A program made the translations under genes and the position numbers. A DNA stretch of 64,000 bases from Deltaproteobacteria bacterium (GTDB taxonomy: Bacteria; Desulfobacterota; Desulfobacteria; Desulfobacterales; ETH-SRB1). Within the stretch, counting starts at the first letter, position 1. Every line of letters begins with the position of its first letter. The notes below the pieces were generated by a model, which was not told the DNA's origin, did not search any database, and worked only from the letters and a program-made list of their open reading frames with translations. Of the stretch, positions 8,207 to 16,910 are shown one piece after another. The stretch lies in assembly GCA_030262895.1 (NCBI GenBank), contig JAJSZW010000003.1, positions 3,076 through 67,075 of the forward strand. The letters are read 5' to 3'.

Positions 8207-9558
8207 GATGAGCTGCCCGGCAAATTATTTAATTTGTCAATAAATTCAATCGAGTCACAACCTAGATCGTTTGCTTTTTGAAACTCTTTAATGGCATCTT
8301 CATATTGATTTTGTTTAAAATAAAGTCTTCCAAGCCTATGTCTGAACAGGCCGTTATCAGGAGAAATTTCGACACTTTGCCGGCAGAATATCGTTGCAAT
8401 TTCGGCGTTTTCGTCTTTAATATCAAAAAGATATCCAAGGGTTGAAAGAGAATCAGCATCATTGGGGTTAAGTTTTATGGCTTTTTTATAAGACGCAATT
8501 GCTTCATCAATCTTGTTGATTGCTTTATTGCAATCGCCGAGACAACGAAAAGCAGCTCCAGATTCAGGCCTCAAATCAATCGCTTTTTCCAGATGTTTTT
8601 TGCTTTTTTCAGGTTTGCCTAATTCAAGATAAAGGTTTCCGAGTTGAAATTCCACCTCAAATACATTTTTTCCAATGCTTTCAGCTTCAAGGAAGAGTTC
8701 AAGCGCCCTCTCTTTGTTATCCATTAACAGATTTGCCAATCCTGAGTTGTATAGAGCCATGCTTTCATTGGAGTCAAGCCGGATAGCTGCTTCAAATTCT
8801 TCTTTTGCTTTTTCAAAAGAACCTGAAACACCATAGCAGACCCCCAGGCTGTTATGGATATTCGCATTTAAAGGATCAAGCACAAGCCCTGCCTTGAACT
8901 CATTTATTGCGCTATTAATGTCTCCTTTCTGGTACAATTTATCACCGCTGATATTTAAACTCACGGCATCAAAGGCAACAGCGCTGTTTGGGCCAAAAAA
9001 TGCAGCATGATCAAGTGCTTTCAGTGCATTATCCAGGATTTGGTGCTTATTAAAATTGGTAGTCGGATAAAATGCCATGCCTATGCTAATTGTTTCATTG
9101 AGAAGTTCTTCAATATCTTTTTGTACTTTATGGATAAGCTCCATGCAGGAAGCGTCATTTTTTTCAAAACAAAACAAGCTAAGCATATCATGGCCTATCT
9201 GACCCCACAGGCCTTTCTCATTCTTACAGATTGCGTCAATAATTTTAGCAACTTTTACAAGCAGTTCCGGTGCATTCTCTTTAACGGACTCTTCGTTATT
9301 ATGGAATATGTTGTCAATACGGATAACCATAGCGCCGAATTTTAATGAAGAATTAAGTTCGGCAAGAGCATGGTCTATAAATTCTTTGCCTGTAAGCATG
9401 CCGGGAAATTTATCTGAAAGACCGGTCTGACTTGCAGAAAATTTAGCGTCATATTTAATACCATATTTAATATCGGGGATTTTAGAATCTGTTTTATAGA
9501 ATAGAAATTGTCTGGCGGAATCCCTGTCAATATATAATTTTTGCTGACTTCCTGTCAT
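8203..9558 (-). CDS. degenerate GGDEF-like domain + TPR-repeat protein
   Basis: The N-terminal half follows the GGDEF fold pattern but reads GQIGHDMLSL where GGDEF is expected. The C-terminal half has several TPR-like repeats (AIRLDSNE, AIDLRPES, AIKLNPND). Confidence 0.7.
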   Translation of the reverse strand: MTGSQQKLYIDRDSARQFLFYKTDSKIPDIKYGIKYDAKFSASQTGLSDKFPGMLTGKEFIDHALAELNSSLKFGAMVIRIDNIFHNNEESVKENAPELLVKVAKIIDAICKNEKGLWGQIGHDMLSLFCFEKNDASCMELIHKVQKDIEELLNETISIGMAFYPTTNFNKHQILDNALKALDHAAFFGPNSAVAFDAVSLNISGDKLYQKGDINSAINEFKAGLVLDPLNANIHNSLGVCYGVSGSFEKAKEEFEAAIRLDSNESMALYNSGLANLLMDNKERALELFLEAESIGKNVFEVEFQLGNLYLELGKPEKSKKHLEKAIDLRPESGAAFRCLGDCNKAINKIDEAIASYKKAIKLNPNDADSLSTLGYLFDIKDENAEIATIFCRQSVEISPDNGLFRHRLGRLYFKQNQYEDAIKEFQKANDLGCDSIEFIDKLNNLPGSSS

Positions 9559-10982
9559 TATGAAGCCTTTCCTGTCATTTTGCTTAAGGCGTTTTCAATA
9601 ATCGAAAGCTCATCGTTTTTTATGGTTCTGAGATCCATTATAAAATAGTCTTCTTCTATTCTTCCTATTATAGGGGGTGTGTTTTTCCGCATGTGTTTTT
9701 CAACAGCATTAACGGACATTCCATTGATTTTGATGCCCACACATATGCTGGGCAGCTCTAAAAGGGGTAGTGATCCACCGCCGGCACGAGAAGAAAGCCT
9801 GAATAACTTAATAGACATGTCTGAGTTTTTTAGTTTTTTCAACATGTTTAAAAGCATTTCTCCTTTTTTTTCGATATCTTCAAGTGGAAGGGTTAACATT
9901 CGAAGAGTTGGAATATTTTCAATTGCTTTTTCCGGATCTCTGTACAGACGAAGGGTGCTTTCAAGAGCCGCAAGGGTCAGCTTGTCTATTCTCAGCGCTC
10001 TGGTAAGAGGATTTTGTTTTATTTGATCAATGATAGTTCTTTTACCCACTATTATTCCAGCCTGCGGGCCGCCAAGAAGCTTATCTCCGCTGAAAGTTAC
10101 AATATCCGCTCCTGCTGACACGGATTCCTGGACAGTGGGTTCTTTTAACAGACCATATTTTGAAAAGTCTATAAAAGTTCCACTGCCAAGATCTTCCATT
10201 ACAGGAATCCTGTATTTTTTTCCAAGTTCAACCAGCTCCTTTAGAGAGACATCGGCAGTAAAACCAACCACACTATAATTACTTTTATGTACCTTTAATA
10301 AAAGGCCGGTATCGCTTTCAACAGCTCTTTCATAATCTCTAAGATGGGTACGATTTGTTGTTCCAACCTCCTTTAAAATACCACCACTTTTTGCCATTAC
10401 ATCAGGTATTCTAAATGATCCACCGATTTCAACAAGCTCCCCTCTTGACACTATAACCTTTTTTTCTTTGGCTATTGTTTCCAGACAAAGCAGTACGGCA
10501 GCGGCATTGTTGTTTACGACCATTGCGGCTTCAGCACCGCTGATTTCACATAATATATCCTCGACTGCACTATATCGTGAACCGCGGATACCTTTTGACA
10601 GATCAAATTCAAGGTTGGAATACCTGCCGGCTATTTCCGAAAGATTTTCAACAGCATCAGCCGGAAGCAACGATCTCCCCAAATTTGTGTGGACTATAAT
10701 ACCGGTTGCATTAATGGTACGCCTAAGATTCAGTTGCATGATATTTATTACGCTGCCTTTAATCTTTTCAAGCAGTAAGCTTAAATCCTGACTTTCATCA
10801 ATTATCTCTTTGCCTCCATTAATGATATCTGTGCGAAGGTCTTCAACAACAGAACGCGCTGAACGGACAAGAACGGATTTCGGAATATTTGCGAAGAAGG
10901 GTTCATCCTTTGCATTTTCGAGAATAAAGTCAATGCCCGGAAGTCGTTGCAAAAGATCCTGTTGTTTTTTGCTTAGTTCCAT
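9558..10982 (-). CDS. selA: L-seryl-tRNA(Sec) selenium transferase
   Basis: 474 aa with the FSGDKLLGGPQAGIIVG PLP-lysine motif. The length and N-terminal region are typical of SelA. Confidence 0.9.
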   Translation of the reverse strand: MELSKKQQDLLQRLPGIDFILENAKDEPFFANIPKSVLVRSARSVVEDLRTDIINGGKEIIDESQDLSLLLEKIKGSVINIMQLNLRRTINATGIIVHTNLGRSLLPADAVENLSEIAGRYSNLEFDLSKGIRGSRYSAVEDILCEISGAEAAMVVNNNAAAVLLCLETIAKEKKVIVSRGELVEIGGSFRIPDVMAKSGGILKEVGTTNRTHLRDYERAVESDTGLLLKVHKSNYSVVGFTADVSLKELVELGKKYRIPVMEDLGSGTFIDFSKYGLLKEPTVQESVSAGADIVTFSGDKLLGGPQAGIIVGKRTIIDQIKQNPLTRALRIDKLTLAALESTLRLYRDPEKAIENIPTLRMLTLPLEDIEKKGEMLLNMLKKLKNSDMSIKLFRLSSRAGGGSLPLLELPSICVGIKINGMSVNAVEKHMRKNTPPIIGRIEEDYFIMDLRTIKNDELSIIENALSKMTGKAS

Positions 10983-11048
10983 TTTTTGGCAATTTTATTA
11001 GCAAGTTAAAAAATATCAGTATATAATGAACCACGCATAGGAGTGGCT

Positions 11049-11095
11049 GTTAAGCTTATCAGCTAAGAGCTAAGTGCTCGCCCGAAGGGCTCTAA
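11049..11095. repeat. Hairpin repeat, family C (gttaagcttatcagctaagagct..cgcccgaagggctctaa)
   Basis: Near-identical copy at 46061-46100. Confidence 0.8.
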
Positions 11096-11145
11096 TTTAT
11101 TACATATCATTAAAAAGTTAATAAGTTCAATGTATTTCTTTTAAT

Positions 11146-11415
11146 TCACACCCCTAATTCTCCTGACCACAGCGCTTCCAGAAAGAATTGCCATGGCAAA
11201 ATTTCAATTAAGGAATCAGGTTTTCTTGGCTGATTTTCCAAAGAAACAATAACAGCCCGCTTAACCGCATGCTCTTCCAGAAGCGCCTTCAGACCTCTGG
11301 CATGTGTGCTATGCACTCTGTGTGACCCCTTGACTTCAACTGCCACATTCATATCGTCGCGGAACGAATTAGCCGGCAAATTCAAGTCTAATATCCTTTT
11401 CTTAATTTGTTTCAT
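11146..11415 (-). pseudogene. C-terminal fragment of an AAA/DUF4143-type ATPase
   Basis: The 89-aa ORF (..VAVEVKGSHRV..GLKALLEE..AVIVSLE) has the layout of the C-terminal DUF4143 region of the full-length gene at 24253-25530. No ATPase domain lies upstream. Confidence 0.55.
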
Positions 11416-11815
11416 AAAGAAGGAATATTATCTAGATAATTTGCCCTGACAAGTAAAATTATCACGCATATGAAAAAATGATTTTCATGGGCAAGCGCAC
11501 GATGATTCATTGAAATTGCAACAACAAAAAAATCCAGTCAATCCTGCTAATCCTGTCTAAGACAAAGGAGAGAGAGGCTTTTGGCTTTCTCTAATGCGCT
11601 TTCCATGCCATCTCCTTGTGCCTGCTATTTCTGCACATATCGGGAGCAATTGCCCAACCTGCCAAAAATATTTTCAATTTAGCTTTTTCATGTGATATAC
11701 AGACCTCCAGATCTCGTGTGTAATGGGAGATCATTGGGAAATCAGCAATCATTAGGGTATATGCTATATCTTCTTGGAATAAGAACTAAACTACACAGCT
11801 TTAGGAACGATTAGT

Positions 11816-14800
11816 ATGAAAAAATCCATAGATATATTTAATATTCATCAAAAGATAATGGATGATTACAAGCATTTTGTCGGCAGTTTTATAAATATTA
11901 AAGATGAAAAAATTAAAGAAGTAGTAGAAAACAAAATAAATCAGGGAAAGTTCTGGCCCGAGCCTTTAATACAGTTTAACCCTTCATTTGAGCAGGGTGA
12001 ATCAGCTCAGTCCCTTTGTGATAAAGGGATACTGCATCCCGATCTATCTAAAATTTTTAAGAATTACGATCTATTCAAACATCAGGTTGAAGCAATAAAA
12101 AAAGGATGTAAAGGTTTGGATTTTGTCGTTACTTCAGGTACTGGCTCCGGGAAATCATTAACATTTTTAGGCACAATTTTTGATTATCTTTTAAAGAATA
12201 AAACCGGCGCCGGCATCAAAGCGGTTATTGTTTATCCTATGAACGCTTTGATTAATTCCCAGTTTAAGGGGATAAAGGAATATAGAGACAGCTATAAAAA
12301 TACAACCGGCAAGGATTTCCCAATAACTTATGCTAAATACACCGGCCAGGAAGATGAAGAAGAAAGAAAGAGGATAAAGAGCAAGCTCCCGGATATTATC
12401 CTTACAAATTATATGATGCTGGAGTTGATTCTGACAAGATCAAAAGAAGATATTATCCGTAATTCAATATTTGATAACCTTAAATACCTTGTATTTGATG
12501 AACTTCATACTTACAGAGGCAGGCAGGGATCAGATGTGGCTATTTTAATTAGAAGAATCAGAGCGCAGGCGACTCATAGCATATCATGCATAGGCACTTC
12601 AGCCACCATGGTTTCTGAAGGCACAATTTCCGAACAGAAAAGAAAAGTGGCTGAGGTCGCATCTAAGATATTCGGCGCTATGTTTTCAGAAGAGCAAATA
12701 ATCAATGAATATCTGGTCAGATGTTTTGATTATGATGGTAACTTGCCGGATAAAGAAGCCTTAACAAAAGCCTTGCAATCTGAAATCGATCCTGATGACC
12801 CGGAAGAAAAATTAAAAACGTTTCCTTTAAGCGCCTGGCTTGAAAACAAAATCGCTCTTGATGAAAACAGCTGTATGCTCGTAAGGCATAAGCCCATGCA
12901 GTTTTCCCTGATTGCATATAAACTTGCTGAAGATACCGGCCTTGATAAAAGCCTGTGCGAATCAAAGTTGAAAAAGTTTTTAAGGTGGATATCAAATGTA
13001 AATGAAAATCTTGGAGATAAAAGATATACTTACCTGCCATATAAAGTTCATCAACTAATATCCCAAACCGGCGCTGTATATGTATCCCTGGATAATGATG
13101 ATGACCGAATTATAAGCCTTGACCCTGCAAGCCACAAGGGCCATGGTGACAACAGAATTCCATTATTCCCGGTAGTATTTTCCAGAATTTCAGGCCATGA
13201 ATTTATCTGCGTAAATAAAGATCTTAATAATGAAGTTTTAAGGCCGCGTGAGTTCAGAGAAATCTTGAGTGATGAAGAAGACCTCACATCAGGATATATT
13301 ATTGCTGGTTCAGATGTGTGGAACCCTGAAACAGATCTCGAACAACTTCCTGACGCCTGGGTTCAAGTTGATAAGTCAGGCAATTACAAACCTCAAAAAA
13401 AATATAAGGACAGGTTACCCCAAAAAATTTATTTTGATCAAAAAGGAAATTTTTCAAGCAGAAATGAATATAAATATGAAGGCTGGTTTATGCCGGCAAA
13501 GCTTTTGTTTGATCCCACATGTGGCGCCCAGTACGATCCAAAAACAAATGAAGCAACAAAACTGACAAGGCTGGGCAGTGAAGGCCGCAGCACATCAACA
13601 ACAGTGCTTTCATATTCTATCTTAACTCAACTGGCAGAACACGGCTTTCATCCAAAAGATCAGAAGTTATTGAGCTTTACAGATAATCGACAGGATGCTG
13701 CCCTGCAGGCAGGACATTTCAATGATTCATTAAAAGTTATCCAGCTTAGATCAGCAATTTGTCAGGCCCTTGCCAAATACAAAGAGCGGGACTTTACAAA
13801 TCTTGATCAGGCAATATTCGAGGCCCTTGATTTGTCCCCGGAAGAGTATGCTGCCAACCCCTCAACAAAATTTCCCGGAGCAATAAAGGACAATGAAAAT
13901 GCATTAAAAAACTATTTAATGTACCGTTCTCTTTATGATTTAAGACGCGGCTGGCGGGTTGTGCTTCCCAACCTGGAACAATGCGGTTTGCTGAATATTG
14001 ACTATAAACATCTTAAAGAAAACTGTGCATCTGATGAAAGCTGGCAGGGATTGCCATTTCTTGAAGACCTTTCACATGAAGACCGGACTGAAATTATTTA
14101 TCAGATTCTGGATTTTTTCAGAAAATCTTATGCGCTATCCAGTGAGGAATATTTAACTCAAAATGCAATTAATGAAAAGAACAAGGAAATCAAGGAAAGG
14201 TTAAGACTTCCCTGGAAATTTGATGAAAACGAAAAAATAGCAGACCCGGTCAGAATGGTATATGAACCATTTAAAAGAGGCACCAGGTTTTTCTGGAAAA
14301 GCCTTGGGCCTGCCAGCGCTTTGGGTAAATATCTTAAATATGAAGCTAAACTCAAGGGGATCGTTTTCAATAATGAAACTTACAGTGATTTCATAAAATC
14401 ATTACTGAAACTGTTAACAGAAGCGGGCTGGCTGAAGGAAACAACTGGAAAAAACAGGGACAATCAGGACACATGTCTATACCAGCTCAGGATTGACCAG
14501 ATTATATGGAAAATTGGTGATGGTAAATCAGTAAAGCCGGATTATGTTAAAATCAGATCCTATAAAGGTTATGAACAGAAGCCGAATACTTATTATCAAA
14601 AATTATACAAAACCGATTTTAAAAGCAGGAAAAAGCTGATTGGAAAAGAGCATACCGGCCAGATTAGCAATGAAGACCGGATAGAACGTGAAGATAAATT
14701 TAAAACAGGCGAATACAGCGCCCTGTTCTGCTCACCTACCATGGAACTTGGAATTGATATTGCGGATTTAAATTTTGTCCACATGAGAAACGTTCCGCCC

Positions 14801-16906
14801 AACCCTGCGAACTACGCACAAAGAAGCGGCAGGGCAGGAAGGAGCGGGCAGGCAGCGCTGATATTTACCAGTTGTTCTGTGTATTCCCCGCATGACAGCC
14901 ATTACTTTAAACATGCGATTGATCTTGTATCAGGCATTGTGGCCCCACCCAGAATTGACCTTACCAATCAGGAATTACTGGAGACACACCTTAATGCAAT
15001 ATATCTGGCAAAAGTAAAACTCAGTGAGCTGAATCAGCATCTGATCAATCTTCTCAATAAAGATGACAAAGAAAACCTCCCGCTTTTATCTGAAATTAAG
15101 GAGCAACTAAATTTAGGCCGGCAGTCAAAAATAGAAATAAAGTTTATTTTTGAAAATGTGGTCAATGACCTTAAAACCATGAAAACGGCATCATTGTCAT
15201 GGTTGAATGATGAATGGATAGACAGAAAAATCGACTTAGCGCCTAAAAGTTTTGACAGGTCTTTGGATAGATGGAGAAGATTATATATTGCCGTCCAAAA
15301 ACAGCTCACTGAAGCTAACAGGATCATAGAAAGCGGCCTGTATCTGAGTACATCCGATGAAATGAAGGAGGCTAAAAGAAATGTTTCCCAGGCAATCAGG
15401 CAGAGAGATCTTCTTGAAAACAGAGTATCTTACAGCAGCCTGTCGGAATTCTATCCTTACCGGTATCTTGCAGCAGAGGGTTTCTTACCTGGTTATAATT
15501 TTACACGCCTGCCCATGAGAACATATATCCCCATAGGAGATTCAGGCGAATATATATCAAGGCCGAGGTTTATTGCCTTAAGAGAGTTCGGCCCGCGAAA
15601 TATTATTTATCATAAAGGCGCTAAGTACCAGATAGAGCAGTTGCTTTCACAGGAATCGGAATCCCATTTAAAACCCGCCAAAGTAAGTACAAAATCGGGT
15701 TATATCCTGATGGGTGATGAATACAGTTGCGAAATATGCCCCTTCAGCAAGGTTTCGCTCAGCGGAGGTGAAAACAAGGAAATATTTACAGACCTTCTTG
15801 AAATGGCTGAAACCCGCACAAGGGAAATGGAAAGGATTTCCTGTGAAGAGGAAGAGAGGCTCTCCCGTGGATTTGACATCAAAACATACTTTTCCATGCC
15901 TGCAGGCGGCCTGGATAATATCCGCACGGCTAAAATTAAAAATGACGATGAAGAATTTTTATATGTGAGGTTTCTCCCATGTGCCCTGCTGGTCCAGATC
16001 AACAATAAATGGCGGAGGTCAAAGGAGAAAGGCTTTTTAATGGGACTAAATACAGGCGCATGGAAAAAAGAAACCTTTGATCATAATGCAGAATCAGCCG
16101 AGCCGGTCAGGAGGATAAAACTTGTAACATATGATACAGCAGATGCCCTGTATATAGAACCGATTAAATCGCTGGGCCTCTCTCCGGCCGGCGTTATTAC
16201 TTTGCAGTATGCACTAAAGCGCGCAGTTGAAAATGTTTTTCAGGTTGAACCAAGAGAAGTCGGCGCAGAACTTATGGGAGATGAATCGCAGCCGAATATT
16301 TTTTTGTATGAGGCTTCAGAAGGAAGCCTTGGTGTATTGTCACAGTTTATCGAAGACAAGGATGTATTTAAAAATGTCATTTCAGAAACAATCAATATTT
16401 GCCGCTTTGATGATAAAACTTACAATGATGAAGCCTCTTATGATGACCTTTTGAACTATTATAACCAGCGATATCATGATAAGATTAATCGATTTGAAAT
16501 TAAGGATGCTCTTGAAAAGCTCAAAGTATGTGATGTTGAAATCATCACCAGCAAAATGTTCGGAGATTACGAAGAGCAGTATCAGCAGCTCTTAAAAGGT
16601 ATTGATCCAAATTCTTCAACTGAACTCAGATTTTTGAATTATCTTCATGATAAAGGGCTAAAACTGCCGGATGCCACACAAAGAACCATTGAAGGTATCT
16701 ACTGCAAACCGGATTTTTTCTATGAACCTGATGTATGGGTTTTCTGCGATGGAACCCCGCATGATGAGCCTGAAGTTAAGAAAAAAGACAGAAACCAGCG
16801 TGCTGCGATCCTGAACAGAGGGGATCAGGTTTTTGTATATTATTATCAGGACAAATTGGAAGAGATAATCGGCAAAAGGACGGATATTTTTAAAAAGGTA
16901 AAGTAA
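11816..16906 (+). CDS. 1696-aa DExH-box helicase with DUF1998-like segment and C-terminal Vsr/DUF559-like domain (DISARM DrmA+DrmB-like fusion)
   Basis: Helicase motifs TSGTGSGKS, DELHTYRG and QRSGRAGRSGQ. DUF1998-like segment YLAAEGFLPGYNFTRLP..CEICPF. C-terminus CKPDFFYEPDVWVFCDGTPHD. Confidence 0.85.
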   Translation: MKKSIDIFNIHQKIMDDYKHFVGSFINIKDEKIKEVVENKINQGKFWPEPLIQFNPSFEQGESAQSLCDKGILHPDLSKIFKNYDLFKHQVEAIKKGCKGLDFVVTSGTGSGKSLTFLGTIFDYLLKNKTGAGIKAVIVYPMNALINSQFKGIKEYRDSYKNTTGKDFPITYAKYTGQEDEEERKRIKSKLPDIILTNYMMLELILTRSKEDIIRNSIFDNLKYLVFDELHTYRGRQGSDVAILIRRIRAQATHSISCIGTSATMVSEGTISEQKRKVAEVASKIFGAMFSEEQIINEYLVRCFDYDGNLPDKEALTKALQSEIDPDDPEEKLKTFPLSAWLENKIALDENSCMLVRHKPMQFSLIAYKLAEDTGLDKSLCESKLKKFLRWISNVNENLGDKRYTYLPYKVHQLISQTGAVYVSLDNDDDRIISLDPASHKGHGDNRIPLFPVVFSRISGHEFICVNKDLNNEVLRPREFREILSDEEDLTSGYIIAGSDVWNPETDLEQLPDAWVQVDKSGNYKPQKKYKDRLPQKIYFDQKGNFSSRNEYKYEGWFMPAKLLFDPTCGAQYDPKTNEATKLTRLGSEGRSTSTTVLSYSILTQLAEHGFHPKDQKLLSFTDNRQDAALQAGHFNDSLKVIQLRSAICQALAKYKERDFTNLDQAIFEALDLSPEEYAANPSTKFPGAIKDNENALKNYLMYRSLYDLRRGWRVVLPNLEQCGLLNIDYKHLKENCASDESWQGLPFLEDLSHEDRTEIIYQILDFFRKSYALSSEEYLTQNAINEKNKEIKERLRLPWKFDENEKIADPVRMVYEPFKRGTRFFWKSLGPASALGKYLKYEAKLKGIVFNNETYSDFIKSLLKLLTEAGWLKETTGKNRDNQDTCLYQLRIDQIIWKIGDGKSVKPDYVKIRSYKGYEQKPNTYYQKLYKTDFKSRKKLIGKEHTGQISNEDRIEREDKFKTGEYSALFCSPTMELGIDIADLNFVHMRNVPPNPANYAQRSGRAGRSGQAALIFTSCSVYSPHDSHYFKHAIDLVSGIVAPPRIDLTNQELLETHLNAIYLAKVKLSELNQHLINLLNKDDKENLPLLSEIKEQLNLGRQSKIEIKFIFENVVNDLKTMKTASLSWLNDEWIDRKIDLAPKSFDRSLDRWRRLYIAVQKQLTEANRIIESGLYLSTSDEMKEAKRNVSQAIRQRDLLENRVSYSSLSEFYPYRYLAAEGFLPGYNFTRLPMRTYIPIGDSGEYISRPRFIALREFGPRNIIYHKGAKYQIEQLLSQESESHLKPAKVSTKSGYILMGDEYSCEICPFSKVSLSGGENKEIFTDLLEMAETRTREMERISCEEEERLSRGFDIKTYFSMPAGGLDNIRTAKIKNDDEEFLYVRFLPCALLVQINNKWRRSKEKGFLMGLNTGAWKKETFDHNAESAEPVRRIKLVTYDTADALYIEPIKSLGLSPAGVITLQYALKRAVENVFQVEPREVGAELMGDESQPNIFLYEASEGSLGVLSQFIEDKDVFKNVISETINICRFDDKTYNDEASYDDLLNYYNQRYHDKINRFEIKDALEKLKVCDVEIITSKMFGDYEEQYQQLLKGIDPNSSTELRFLNYLHDKGLKLPDATQRTIEGIYCKPDFFYEPDVWVFCDGTPHDEPEVKKKDRNQRAAILNRGDQVFVYYYQDKLEEIIGKRTDIFKKVK

Positions 16907-16910
16907 ATCA

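Noticed and set aside
10983-11145. Search for tRNA-Sec (selC) or any tRNA next to selA
   Set aside because: I could not fold an acceptor or T-arm (no GGTTCGA-type box). The interval is occupied by a family C hairpin repeat.
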